Below are positions 1-9,791 of a stretch of 64,000 bases of DNA, piece after piece. The translations under genes were made by a program, and so were the position numbers. The notes under the pieces are model-generated. The model made no database searches, was not told where the DNA came from, and saw nothing but the letters and a program-made list of their open reading frames with translations. This DNA comes from an uncultured virus (IMG/VR IMGVR_UViG_3300011906_000002) (lineage: Duplodnaviria > Heunggongvirae > Uroviricota > Caudoviricetes), in IMG/VR virus record IMGVR_UViG_3300011906_000002, positions 62,001 through 126,000 of that record, one strand, 5' to 3'. Every line of letters begins with the position of its first letter. The stretch's first letter is position 1.

Positions 1-1149
1 GATAGCTTCTTCGCCAGTGGCCTTGGCTGCGATGAACGCATCCAGAGCAGCTTGCAGGTCAGCCAGACCTTCAGTCGATGCAGCACCACCAGCGGCGATT
101 GCAGCATTGATGTCAGCGATGATCTGCGACAGAGCAACTTCAGCAGCGCCTTCGCCTTCACCAACCAGAAGGGTGTTAGTGGCGATGTTGCTACCCACTT
201 CAACCTTGGTCGACAGCGCAGTGTTGATGCCGTCAACGGCTGCGTCTACGTCAGCTTGATTGGCCTTGAGGGCCAGGGCTTCGGCTGTACCAGTGGCGTT
301 CTGTTCAACCTTGGCGTCAAGCGCTTCAGTTGCAGCAACTTGTGCCTGGTCAGCAGCTTCCAGACCGTTAAGGACTTGCTTGATCGACTGAGCTTCAGCA
401 CCTTCGGCCAGAGTGACCATGTACTGACTGAAGTCATCAGTCTTGAGCACGACGTTGGACATGTCCACGCCGTCGCGTGCCAGAGCCAGGACTTCGTCCA
501 GAGTCTTGCCAGCGAACAGGTTAGCGTTGTTGGCATTGCCGTCAACGTCAAAGTAGCTCATCACCTTGGCTTCAAAGGCTGCAGTGGCAGTCTCCAGAGC
601 TTCGATGGCAGTGGCGTTAACGCCAATGCTGGACATCAGGTTGTTGATGACGTCCGGGTCGTTGTTCAGTGCAGCGGAGATTTCCTGAATGGTATTCAGG
701 GTTTCCGGCGAGGAACCAACCAGTTCATCGATCTTGGTCTGAGCGATCTTAACCGCCAGCATGGCAGTGACGTACTTGTCAGCAGCGCCAGCCAGGGCTT
801 CGGCTTCGGTCGCAACACCGTAGTTAACGACGTTACCCAGACCGATGGATTCAGCAGTGACGTTGCTGATGTCGCCTTCCAGTTCGAGGCGCAGGGCGTC
901 GATGGCAGCAACCAGCTGAGCATTACGCTCGCTTTCCAGCGTGGTGAGGTCCTTGCCACCTACAGCCAGTGCGTTGTCGGCAGTGCCGGCAGTGGCGGCT
1001 TTACCAGCGAGGATCAGGCTGGTGATTTCAGCCAGAGACTTGCCTTCGAGCAACAGAGAGTCCGGCGCAACTTTGTTGGCCAGAGCGGTAACCAAGCGTT
1101 GAAGAGCCGATTTCAGGGCAACTTCGAGTTCCGCGTTAGACATTGCCAT
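1..1149 (-). CDS. Tail fibre-like structural protein (partial, runs off the window start); paralogue of 1235..2599
   Basis: Not in the ORF track. Manual translation from ATG 1149: MAMSNAELEVALK...GLGNVVNYGVATEAEALAG...LVGSSPETLNTIQEISAALNNDPDVI...FIAAKATGEEAI. The frame is open to position 1 and contains the phage fibre motif PE(T/A)L(N/D)TIQE..AL.N.P. Confidence 0.75.
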   Translation of the reverse strand, partial: MAMSNAELEVALKSALQRLVTALANKVAPDSLLLEGKSLAEITSLILAGKAATAGTADNALAVGGKDLTTLESERNAQLVAAIDALRLELEGDISNVTAESIGLGNVVNYGVATEAEALAGAADKYVTAMLAVKIAQTKIDELVGSSPETLNTIQEISAALNNDPDVINNLMSSIGVNATAIEALETATAAFEAKVMSYFDVDGNANNANLFAGKTLDEVLALARDGVDMSNVVLKTDDFSQYMVTLAEGAEAQSIKQVLNGLEAADQAQVAATEALDAKVEQNATGTAEALALKANQADVDAAVDGINTALSTKVEVGSNIATNTLLVGEGEGAAEVALSQIIADINAAIAAGGAASTEGLADLQAALDAFIAAKATGEEAI

Positions 1150-1234
1150 TGTATTTCATCCCCATGGACTGAATATAAACAAACCGTCCCAATTGTCAAG
1201 AACGGTCTTAAGAGTACTTACTTAAATACAAGTG

Positions 1235-2599
1235 TTACTGTACCGGTACTTCTTCTACAGGCCCTTCGATCTCAGCAGCCAGGCGGTTGAGTTCGTCGAT
1301 CAGAGCTTGGGTGGAAGCGTCACTGTACAGCTGAGCGGATTCAACGCTGGAAGCTGCAGTGGTATCGGCGTAAGCTTTGGCATCAACCAGGGCGGCATCA
1401 GCTTTGGCTTGTGCACCGGCAGGCGTTTCCTTGGTAGCGATCTGGTCAACCAGACCTTGGATCACATCCGGGTTGTTCTGCAGCGCAGTGGCCAACTCTT
1501 GAATGGTGTTCAGTGCTTCAGGAGCGGAACCGACCAGGTCGTTGACGGCTTGATCAATAGCACCTTTAACTGCCATGGCAGTGGTGTACTTGGCATCATC
1601 CAGACCGGCAATGACTTCAGCGGTAGTGGCTTTAGCAGCAACAAACGCATTGAAGGCAGCCTGTAGCGCTTCGAGGTCACTGGCATCGCCTGCTTCAGAA
1701 ATACCCGCCTGAAGCTGAGCAATCAGAACGCTCAGGGCAACCTGTTGAGCCGCTTCACCTTCACCTTGAGTGACAGTGTTGGTGGAGATGTCGCCACCTA
1801 CGTCAACTTTACCAGCCGACAGACGGGTGTCAACTTCAACGATTTTGTCGTCAAGTGCTTGGTCTGCAGTGGTACGCGCCAGAACTTCAGCGTCAACACG
1901 GTCGTTAACGGCCTGTACACCAGCTGTAAAGTCTGCCTGTGTTTGGGTGACTTCAGCATCGAGATCACTTACACGAGTGTCCAGCGCAGCAATTGCAGCG
2001 GTGTTGTCATTGACCAGCTGTTGCAGGACAGTGATAACGTCTGGGTTGTTTTGCAGAGCAGTAGAGATTTCTTGGATGGTATCCAGAGTCTCAGGTGCGG
2101 TACCAACCTTGTCAGCCCAGAACGCTTGCAACAGACCAGCCAGATCACCTGAAGCCAGCTTCTCATCCAACAGCAGTTGGGTGGCAGCAGACGTCAGGGC
2201 ACCGACTTGTTCAGCAGTGACTTCGTGCGGGTTGTCACGACGAGCCATGAAGGCGTCGAGGACCGGCATGAACAGCGCGTTCAACAGTTGCGTAACCCGC
2301 AGCGGGGTCATGTAACGATCGTTTACCGCTCCGGCTTCGGCTTCAATCTGAGAAGCAACGGAGAAGTCTTCAACGCTACCGAGACCAAAATCTTCCTTGG
2401 TTTTTGGTAGTGCATCCAGATCAGCCGTGGTGACCAACGGCAGAGACCAGTCACCGACGGTGTTAACGCCTACCGACTGGTAAACCCGGCGGTTGGCAAT
2501 GTCAATGTAGTGCTGACCAACCGCTGTAGGTACGAACGCCGGAGCGCCATTACCAAGCTGTACGTGCACCTCAGTTTGTGCATCGAGAAGGGTAGACAT
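1235..2599 (-). CDS. Tail fibre-like structural protein
   Basis: 454 aa. Two copies of APE(T/A)L(D/N)TIQE..TALQNNPDVI, plus RRDNPHEVTAEQVG and FGLGSVEDF motifs typical of jumbo-phage fibre proteins. GAGG SD upstream. Confidence 0.7.
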   Translation of the reverse strand: MSTLLDAQTEVHVQLGNGAPAFVPTAVGQHYIDIANRRVYQSVGVNTVGDWSLPLVTTADLDALPKTKEDFGLGSVEDFSVASQIEAEAGAVNDRYMTPLRVTQLLNALFMPVLDAFMARRDNPHEVTAEQVGALTSAATQLLLDEKLASGDLAGLLQAFWADKVGTAPETLDTIQEISTALQNNPDVITVLQQLVNDNTAAIAALDTRVSDLDAEVTQTQADFTAGVQAVNDRVDAEVLARTTADQALDDKIVEVDTRLSAGKVDVGGDISTNTVTQGEGEAAQQVALSVLIAQLQAGISEAGDASDLEALQAAFNAFVAAKATTAEVIAGLDDAKYTTAMAVKGAIDQAVNDLVGSAPEALNTIQELATALQNNPDVIQGLVDQIATKETPAGAQAKADAALVDAKAYADTTAASSVESAQLYSDASTQALIDELNRLAAEIEGPVEEVPVQ

Positions 2600-2670
2600 G
2601 TTCTGTTCCTCGTGGTTGTTAAGAGTTTGGCCTCTCTCATAGAATTACGGAGGGTTATTACCTGAAGTCT

Positions 2671-2717
2671 CGGCATAAAACGCGATGTTGAGGCCCCGAA
2701 GGACCCCAACACTACGC
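2671..2717 (-). terminator. Hairpin + TTTTATGCCG element
   Basis: On the minus strand an imperfect stem with a TTCG loop is followed by TTTTATGCCG, just after the stop of 2724..4181. Confidence 0.6.
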
Positions 2718-2723
2718 CTTAGT

Positions 2724-4181
2724 TTATACCGGCAGTTCTTCGCTCGAACTGATGCCTGCCCGAGACAAACGAATCGTCTCTTCGTTGGTCAGATAAATGT
2801 TACCGGTTTGGTCAGTCAGCGTTATGCCTTTGGGATCGACCCACGGAAATTTATCCGGGTTAGCTTCGATGTCCATGACTGAGAACCGAGTCAACACCAA
2901 GTACAACACTCGATCAAAACTCGCAGCAATGTACATCACGCCGTTGCGGATCACACGACTCATCCCCATTGGAACACTGGATGTTAAGGTCGCGTTTTCA
3001 GCCACAATCAACATCTCGTAAAAGAGGTTGATCCATTGCTGAGTTTTCAACTGCATCCGGTTGAAGTCAGGTGAGGTGGTCGGTACGATCAAATAGTCAG
3101 GCCACTTGTAATCGAGACGGAAGATCCCATCGCGGTTATAAGGACCGCCTACTGCAGCGAATGCCAACGACTTGTAGAGCACCGTTGAGAACACGAGGTT
3201 TTGGTTGACGTGTTCGCGGTTGTACCCTTTACCTTCAACGGCCGAGTACGCAAGTCCCAACGCCGCCAACATGTGCGTGGTCGGGGAATACATACCCGTC
3301 ACGATGGTGCGGTTGGGAATAGCAAACTGATCCCAGAAGGGCATCAGGATAAACTCGGTGTTGGTGAAGATGTCTGGGAAGATTACGATCCAGTCGTCTT
3401 CGGTGTACGCCGTGTTAGCTAAGATGTACCGAGCCAATTCCTGTTTAATGATGTCAGGGTTGTTACCAGCAATGCCCCAGATCATCACAGTCCAGTTGGT
3501 CATGATGCGTGTTTGTGCGGTGTCGCGTCCCCGGTACTCAAACTCCTGACTCAGGAGGAAGGTGTAGGGTAGCTTATTTTTGACTTCTTCGATGCGGTTG
3601 AAGATGTCGACGGTGGTGCGAGCAGCCAGACTGGACTTCACCACGAGGGGGTCCAAGAAGAAGCTGTCCAACGGTTCCAGTGCCGGTACGAATTGGATCT
3701 CGTACTCATCATACTGGAGTTGGAAGGATTCGTCACACAACCAGATCTTGACTTCGTTGGTATTGGTGTCATTGAGGGTGTAGCTGATCCACTCAGGCAT
3801 CCAACGGGTGCGGTCGGTTTTCATCTCACCGACTTTGATGTCGCTTACCAACACACCGAACTCAGCTTGCAAGAGTTCTAGACAGCGCACGTAGTTACTG
3901 GTAATCTCACCCAGTTCCGATTTGGTGTATAGCCACTGACCGATCCGCAGGGCTGCGCTCTGATGGACGATGGGCACTTGGGTCAGGGTTTCAATCCCGT
4001 CAACGAAGTTCTCGCTACGGAAGGTGGTGAGGATCACATCACGATAGCTAGGATTGGTGTAGTGACCTTTCTCTTTAGCGTACGTGTAGCTTTGGGTGGA
4101 GAGTTCCCCCAGCGGTGCGATCACGTTCACCGAGTTGTCGGCCAGTGGTGAAATCACCATAAAGCCTTTGAGAATATACAT
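2724..4181 (-). CDS. Conserved phiKZ-like virion structural protein (probable gp157-like by synteny)
   Basis: 485-aa ORF with GAGG SD, located next to RNase H as in phiKZ-like phages. Product inferred from recalled synteny. Confidence 0.5.
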   Translation of the reverse strand: MYILKGFMVISPLADNSVNVIAPLGELSTQSYTYAKEKGHYTNPSYRDVILTTFRSENFVDGIETLTQVPIVHQSAALRIGQWLYTKSELGEITSNYVRCLELLQAEFGVLVSDIKVGEMKTDRTRWMPEWISYTLNDTNTNEVKIWLCDESFQLQYDEYEIQFVPALEPLDSFFLDPLVVKSSLAARTTVDIFNRIEEVKNKLPYTFLLSQEFEYRGRDTAQTRIMTNWTVMIWGIAGNNPDIIKQELARYILANTAYTEDDWIVIFPDIFTNTEFILMPFWDQFAIPNRTIVTGMYSPTTHMLAALGLAYSAVEGKGYNREHVNQNLVFSTVLYKSLAFAAVGGPYNRDGIFRLDYKWPDYLIVPTTSPDFNRMQLKTQQWINLFYEMLIVAENATLTSSVPMGMSRVIRNGVMYIAASFDRVLYLVLTRFSVMDIEANPDKFPWVDPKGITLTDQTGNIYLTNEETIRLSRAGISSSEELPV

Positions 4182-4256
4182 GGAATTTACCTCAATTATC
4201 TGGGAGTTCCGTGACTTGGACTGTCTATAGTATTACGAGTTTTTAAGGAGCCGTCT

Positions 4257-4688
4257 GTGACGAATATCATTGCTATGCTCGGCTTACTTGTTAAGCTGGT
4301 ACCATTTTTAAAAGAAGTCTTTATTAAGAACAAAGACTTTCGTGAAGCTGTGCTCAGCAACCGCGCAGTACTGGGTATCTTCCTTGCCTGCATTGTGCTC
4401 TTCACCATTAACCTTGATCACATCGACACTCTGTTAACCAATCAAGAAAAGATTCGGGAGTTAACTCGAGGTTTTGAGGTGGTTCAAAAAGACCACGAAC
4501 GCCTAACCATAGAGATGCTCGGACTGCGTAGTCAGGTGATTGATCTACAAATCGAAAACCACAAATACGAAGTGGATCTAGCTGAGGCTAACAAAACCAT
4601 TCAGTTGCGTGAGGAACGGTTGACCGAAATGCGTGGAACCATCGAGATGCTTCGCGAGCGACTAGGCTACCCAAACCCTGCTAAGTAA
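4257..4688 (+). CDS. Membrane-anchored coiled-coil protein
   Basis: AAGGAG SD and GTG start. Hydrophobic segments (aa 3-19, 36-52) followed by a long heptad-rich C-terminus. Confidence 0.6.
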   Translation: MTNIIAMLGLLVKLVPFLKEVFIKNKDFREAVLSNRAVLGIFLACIVLFTINLDHIDTLLTNQEKIRELTRGFEVVQKDHERLTIEMLGLRSQVIDLQIENHKYEVDLAEANKTIQLREERLTEMRGTIEMLRERLGYPNPAK

Positions 4689-4741
4689 AAGCTTATAGCG
4701 GGGTGCTATGGAATAGTAGACTGGACTAAAGGCCAAATAAC

Positions 4742-6430
4742 GTGACTAAAGAAACTAAAATTAAGACCGCTGGGATGTTTGGTATGTTCAGCAAAGGCAA
4801 GCTTTCCCCAGAAGCCATGGCGGCGGTAGCGAACGTAGCTGAAGCGTTGGCCGGCACCGATATCAAGAAACCTATCACGGCATCTAAGTTGTCTGAGAAG
4901 GCCATTGAAGTCATGGAGCAACGCGACCTCGGTGCGGTACTCTACAGTGACGGTGGGTGCAAACCGTCTCGTGGCATTGGTGGTTGGGGTGTTCACGGCT
5001 ATCTTTACACCTTGGACGTACCGAAGCAAGGTTCTGGATGTGCAGCCGTTGTGACCAATATGGGTTACGTGGACGACAAGGATACTTACGAGACCTTGAA
5101 GTCTATGGAAGGGTTGGATTCTTTCTTCCCTCGTACCCAAATGTCCATCGACAAAATTCAAGTTGTGACCCCGGTGAAATACCTGGACGGTTACGGCAGT
5201 TTGATCCCAATTAGCACCAACAACATCGCCGAATTGACCGCAGCGACGAATGCGCTCCGGTATGCTATAGCGCACGGTGTAAAAGACCTCCTGTTGTTGA
5301 CTGACAGTAACTACGTCATCAAAGGCTTAACCTACTGCGACAACTGGGAAGCTCAGGGCTGGCGCCGTCGTGACGGCGAACCTGTGGCGAACGTGGAAGA
5401 ATGGATCGAGCTATTGAAACTCGCTCGTCAACTGCGTGCGGCAGGGTGCAATGTTCAGCTGGAGTGGGTACAAGGACATTCAGGCGATTTTGGTAACAAC
5501 CTCGTCGATGCCTACGCTTCCCGCTCCATTATTGCAGGGCGTAAAGGCCTAGCAGTTGATGAGCACAAGATCACCGACGCTAAGGGGTACTGGTCGAATA
5601 AAGTCTCGTACAACAAGCTCTTGAATCATCCTTACTGGTACTTCAACACGCACGTGGGTGGCCCTCTCAAGTCTCCTGATGGACGCGTTGTTTACTTTGT
5701 GGGGGACCACGGGACTGAAGACGAGTTCATCGGTAAAAAGGTAAGTGAAGCTGGTTTTGCGGTACTGTACTGTAAAGAAAGCGATCCGGTGTTGGATTGT
5801 CTGGCAGCTTATCAGGACGAGCTGGACAAGGGCGAGTTCAGTAACGTCATCGTGGGGCGGTTGTCGAACATACTGAGTGCAGCGAACTACGCTGACATCC
5901 AGAGCAATGGGACCAACTTCCTTCACACCCCAAACTATGGTCGTAATGACATCTGTACGGCTACGGATGTGTTACTGACACGTGAGTTGCGTCCGCCTTT
6001 GACCGCATTTCGATTGGCTGAAAACCTCTCCACCCTGGAAGAGGTCCTTCGCAACCACCTAGGTGCGGAACAGTCAATCTCTCTGGTTAAGACAGACATC
6101 ACCTCGTTGTTTTACGCGGAGGATAAAACTGCCAAGAAACCTGTCACCAAGTTGGCACCTACCATCACCACCGCTACAAAAAAGTTGGACGTTGTGGTGG
6201 CTTACGATACAGGGGTTAAAAAGGGAGAATTCAAAATCCCAGTAACCTTTGGGTTGGATGTGGGGATTCGCAACCTGATGTCTGGGATTGCGGAACAGTC
6301 ACCGACTGTAACGGTGGTCACTTGGCGTGAAAGCGACCAAGCCTTCCGGTACGGTATTGTGATTGAGACAACTGATGACGTGGGTATCTGGGCAAGTATT
6401 TATTCGAACATTTGTCTACTACCTAGTTAA
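4742..6430 (+). CDS. rnhA: Ribonuclease HI-like protein (phiKZ gp155-like) with long C-terminal extension
   Basis: RNase H motifs YSDGGC, GGWG, TNNIAELTA, TDSNYV, WVQGHSGDFGNNLVDAYA. Confidence 0.88.
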   Translation: MTKETKIKTAGMFGMFSKGKLSPEAMAAVANVAEALAGTDIKKPITASKLSEKAIEVMEQRDLGAVLYSDGGCKPSRGIGGWGVHGYLYTLDVPKQGSGCAAVVTNMGYVDDKDTYETLKSMEGLDSFFPRTQMSIDKIQVVTPVKYLDGYGSLIPISTNNIAELTAATNALRYAIAHGVKDLLLLTDSNYVIKGLTYCDNWEAQGWRRRDGEPVANVEEWIELLKLARQLRAAGCNVQLEWVQGHSGDFGNNLVDAYASRSIIAGRKGLAVDEHKITDAKGYWSNKVSYNKLLNHPYWYFNTHVGGPLKSPDGRVVYFVGDHGTEDEFIGKKVSEAGFAVLYCKESDPVLDCLAAYQDELDKGEFSNVIVGRLSNILSAANYADIQSNGTNFLHTPNYGRNDICTATDVLLTRELRPPLTAFRLAENLSTLEEVLRNHLGAEQSISLVKTDITSLFYAEDKTAKKPVTKLAPTITTATKKLDVVVAYDTGVKKGEFKIPVTFGLDVGIRNLMSGIAEQSPTVTVVTWRESDQAFRYGIVIETTDDVGIWASIYSNICLLPS

Positions 6431-6441
6431 GTGGGTTAAAC

Positions 6442-6849
6442 ATGAACCTGATTGGACGAGTGACGGAGAAGTTGCAACGCCTTAATCGGCGTCTTCTTGG
6501 CGTGATTCTTCGCTTTGGGTTGCCGCGCTACGGGAAGAAGCTGATGCTGTTGGTCAGTGTCTTCTCGGGGTTGCGACACCTGAAGGTGGTTACGCCAGTT
6601 GAGTTGGAGCGTTTGAATGCCACGCTGGGTTTGGCTTCTTGTCCTGAAGCGCTGGAGTTCCCCGCGCTGGTTTCCAAGGTAATTTGGAAAGGCTGTGAGC
6701 TGGACAACGTGGACTTCAACCAATCGTGTGATCGCTCAACTGATGCAGTATTGGCCAAGATCCCTCAATGGTTACGTTACGATACCGATGAGGCCATGGC
6801 CGATGACATCCGCAGTGTGGTATCCCACACGCGCCTACAAGCCGCTTGA
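6442..6849 (+). CDS. Hypothetical protein
   Basis: 135-aa ORF directly downstream of RNase H, ending at a hairpin element. Confidence 0.6.
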   Translation: MNLIGRVTEKLQRLNRRLLGVILRFGLPRYGKKLMLLVSVFSGLRHLKVVTPVELERLNATLGLASCPEALEFPALVSKVIWKGCELDNVDFNQSCDRSTDAVLAKIPQWLRYDTDEAMADDIRSVVSHTRLQAA

Positions 6850-6851
6850 TA

Positions 6852-6907
6852 GCAGCATAGGCTGACCACCCCTTCCGCTTGGAGGGGATGGTCAGGTGTT
6901 ATGCCGG
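6852..6907. terminator. Bidirectional hairpin/TATGCC element
   Basis: GCAGCATAG-CTGACCA.CCCCTTCC...GGAGGGG.TGGTCAG-GTGTTATGCCG between convergent genes. Confidence 0.65.
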
Positions 6908-7723
6908 TTAAACCAAACGCTCGATGCCTTTGTTGCTCTCTTGTACGCAGCCAGCCACTTCTGCCAACAGGTGTCCTGTGATGGAGAAGAACTCAACCAA
7001 CTTGGCTGTGGTAAGGATGCCTTGTACCAGCGCAGAGAGGGTCGCACCATTAGGTTTGAAGCTGTCATCGTTCTCCAGGCGGTCTGCCATCCGCTCCAGT
7101 ACGTCTACACAATCAGTCACCGATTGAATCAGTTCTTCACGGTTGACACGTAGGAAACGATCGATCATGTCATTGACCTGTTCGGTCACGATGTGCACTT
7201 CTTGGTTGTTGCGGTACAGCTTACCGTACTCGTGGATCGATTGCGTGCTGGCACGGTCGACACACTTTTCAAGCTTCTTACGGCAGTCGGTGATGGTGTC
7301 TTCACCGAAAGGAAGGGCTGGCTTGTCGCTACGAGCACTGTTGAAACGACCGGGTTCTGCCAACAGACCATTTGCGAATTGGGTCAGCGCACCGACTTGT
7401 TTCTCCTGGATGTTCGCTACGACATCCACAGACTGGTCCAGGGCGTGGAGGTACTCGCTGTAGGTGACCTTAAGACCCAGAGGTCCGTAGAGCTGGGTCT
7501 TGCGTTGAGCGGCGAAGTTGATGCTTTTGATCTTGGCCATGCTCAGAGGTTTGACCGCTGGGATCATCGGGACGTCGTTGGCCAGAAAGCCCTTGAGGCG
7601 ATCTTGAATGTTACGGGCAAAAGCCGGGAACACGCGAGTTACCGCCTGCATAGAAGCCTTAACGTTGAAGGCCTCCATCGACAGCATGGCGGCCTGCTGT
7701 TCCAAGGAGATTTGGAAATCCAT
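6908..7723 (-). CDS. Internal head protein (phiKZ gp153-like), probably proteolytically processed
   Basis: 271 aa, divergent from UvsX. N-terminal SLE and SME motifs match the phiKZ prohead-protease S/A/G-x-E cleavage rule. Confidence 0.55.
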   Translation of the reverse strand: MDFQISLEQQAAMLSMEAFNVKASMQAVTRVFPAFARNIQDRLKGFLANDVPMIPAVKPLSMAKIKSINFAAQRKTQLYGPLGLKVTYSEYLHALDQSVDVVANIQEKQVGALTQFANGLLAEPGRFNSARSDKPALPFGEDTITDCRKKLEKCVDRASTQSIHEYGKLYRNNQEVHIVTEQVNDMIDRFLRVNREELIQSVTDCVDVLERMADRLENDDSFKPNGATLSALVQGILTTAKLVEFFSITGHLLAEVAGCVQESNKGIERLV

Positions 7724-7835
7724 AAATACCTCAAGTGAATAGGGTGGTTGGGGTCATAAAAATAAACATCTTTCGGGTATCATTGTGAGTAACAACACTT
7801 ATCACGACCCAACACGGTTCAAGCGAGTATTCTGA

Positions 7836-9224
7836 ATGGAACTTTCTGATTATTTTGATCAGGCGCCCCGTCTGCGCCCTTTCCTCAACCTTGGCTGTCT
7901 GATGGACATCCCCACCGGTCGGTACTACGAAGGTAAACACGGTGAGATGATCCTGAACGGGGGTCTGGCACCCTTTACCGGGATTGGTGGACGTGGCAAC
8001 ATGGGTAAGTCGCTCGTGGCTCACTTCATGATGCTCTGCGCCTTGGCTCGCTATGGCAGCCCTACCAACTTCTACGACACTGAAGTCTCGTTGATGCTTG
8101 AGCGTCTGTACCACCTGGCCTCAGTGTTCCCGGAACTGCAAGGTCAGGATCTGGTGGACCTGCGTAAGCTGATCCTGACTGATTCGACTATGGTTTCGGG
8201 GAACAAGTGGTTCGACCGCTTCCGTGATTTCAGTCAGGCCAAGCGTAAAGAAGGCAAGTCGATGATGCGAACCCTCCCGTTCATTGACAACAAAGGTAAC
8301 AACATTCAGACGCTGATGGCCCACCTGTTTGAGATTGACTCACTCAGCATGTTCATCACCGACTCGGTTGAAGGCATCTACGAAAAGAACCAGATCGGTG
8401 ACTCGGGGGCGAACACCGACGCACTGCGTTCTGCAGCGGCCAAGACCCAGATGCTGATGCAGCTACCGAACATGACAGCCGGTGCTTCAAACTTCGTGAT
8501 CACCACTGCACACGTCGGTGACAAGCACCAACTCGATCCGTACGCACCGGACCCGAAGAAGCTCGCCTTCCTTAAAGGTAAGAACGTCTTCAAAAACGTT
8601 CCTGAGAAGTTTACCTTCCTCACCAACAACCTCTGGTACTGCCATAGCGTCTCGGTACTCCAGAACGCTACCACCAAAGGGCCTGAGTACCCTGAGAACT
8701 CGGATGACAACCTTAAGGGTGACACCGATCTCAATTTGTTGACCTTGCAGAACCTGCGGGCTAAGTCAGGTCCTACCGGCATGCCGTTCGAGGTGATCTA
8801 CTCACAACGTGACGGACTGCTGGCCTCGCTGACAGAGTTCAACTTCTGTAAGTTCTACAAGTATGGGTTGGGTGGTCATGACCGTGCTTACTACTTCGAC
8901 ATCAACCCCGAAGTGGTGATGCAACGGACCACTGTGCGCAGTAAGTTGGTGGAAACCTACGAACAGAAACGTGCAGCCGAGATCACCTCGGAACTGTGTC
9001 AGATGGATGTACTCGGCTTTACCCAGACCTTGGATTACATGATGCCACCGGCTGAACTGTACGCCAAGATCAAAGAGCAGGGTTACGACTGGCAGAAGAT
9101 TCTCAACAGCCGTGGTTACTGGATCTACAAAGAAGACGAAGCGACTAACCCTCGCAAGTTCCTGTCGACCTTTGACATCCTGCGCATGGCAAAAGGTGAG
9201 TACAGTCCGGAAGGCTTTAAATGA
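7836..9224 (+). CDS. uvsX: UvsX/RecA-like recombinase (phiKZ gp152-like)
   Basis: Walker A GRGNMGKS, YDTEVS, Walker B FEIDSLS. Size (462 aa) and position fit the phiKZ-type UvsX. Confidence 0.85.
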   Translation: MELSDYFDQAPRLRPFLNLGCLMDIPTGRYYEGKHGEMILNGGLAPFTGIGGRGNMGKSLVAHFMMLCALARYGSPTNFYDTEVSLMLERLYHLASVFPELQGQDLVDLRKLILTDSTMVSGNKWFDRFRDFSQAKRKEGKSMMRTLPFIDNKGNNIQTLMAHLFEIDSLSMFITDSVEGIYEKNQIGDSGANTDALRSAAAKTQMLMQLPNMTAGASNFVITTAHVGDKHQLDPYAPDPKKLAFLKGKNVFKNVPEKFTFLTNNLWYCHSVSVLQNATTKGPEYPENSDDNLKGDTDLNLLTLQNLRAKSGPTGMPFEVIYSQRDGLLASLTEFNFCKFYKYGLGGHDRAYYFDINPEVVMQRTTVRSKLVETYEQKRAAEITSELCQMDVLGFTQTLDYMMPPAELYAKIKEQGYDWQKILNSRGYWIYKEDEATNPRKFLSTFDILRMAKGEYSPEGFK

Positions 9225-9370
9225 TGAGTCCGTTGGGTTTGAGAACGCTGGATCTAGTGACTGAAGATCGGCAAACTGATCCGTTGACAGGGGTGCGTCT
9301 TAAGTGTCGTTCGTTCGGTTTACTCGGACTGTTACGCTTCGCTTTAGGCGTTACCCGCCGTCACGATTAA
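9221..9370 (+). CDS. Small hypothetical protein (49 aa)
   Basis: ATGA overlap with the uvsX stop. MMSPLGLRTLDL...VTRRHD, ending just before a hairpin element. Confidence 0.35.
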   Translation: MMSPLGLRTLDLVTEDRQTDPLTGVRLKCRSFGLLGLLRFALGVTRRHD

Positions 9371-9381
9371 CCCGTCCTCTG

Positions 9382-9410
9382 CGCTCAGGCTTCGGCCTGA
9401 GCGTATGCCG
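9382..9410 (+). terminator. Hairpin + TATGCCG element
   Basis: Perfect CGCTCAGGC-TTCG-GCCTGAGCG followed directly by TATGCCG, with no U-tract. Confidence 0.7.
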
Positions 9411-9520
9411 GTTAATTTTTAAAGTCCTCACCTAATGTATAGAACAAATGCCAACACTGCTCGTAATGATACGAAGGGCTATTTCCTATAGCTCACGCAC
9501 TTCATTCGAGGTTATCTAGG

Positions 9521-9787
9521 ATGAGTACTATGAACAAATTGCTGGAGAGACTTGAGCGCGCCTGTCCTGAAGTAGCACAGAAACTCAGTCAAAGCCTTAC
9601 CTGTACTTCTGCTACCCCGCAAGGGCAACAAGCAGAAATCAATGGCTACTTGCGTCGTCAACTGGGTTCGTTGGAAATCAACACCCAAAACGAGCGCGAG
9701 TATCTGATCGACCAGCGTCCGGTTGGTCTGTGGTTGCGCGACTTGGAACGTCATGTGTTCCCGACGTTGGTACAACACGGGATCTAA
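9521..9787 (+). CDS. Hypothetical protein
   Basis: 88-aa ORF with GAGG upstream. Confidence 0.6.
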   Translation: MSTMNKLLERLERACPEVAQKLSQSLTCTSATPQGQQAEINGYLRRQLGSLEINTQNEREYLIDQRPVGLWLRDLERHVFPTLVQHGI

Positions 9788-9791
9788 AAAC

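Noticed and set aside
52..1290. 412-aa plus-strand ORF
   Set aside because: It is the antisense shadow of the minus-strand fibre gene (1..1149), which has recognisable motifs and a paralogue. Strong codon bias keeps the opposite frame open.
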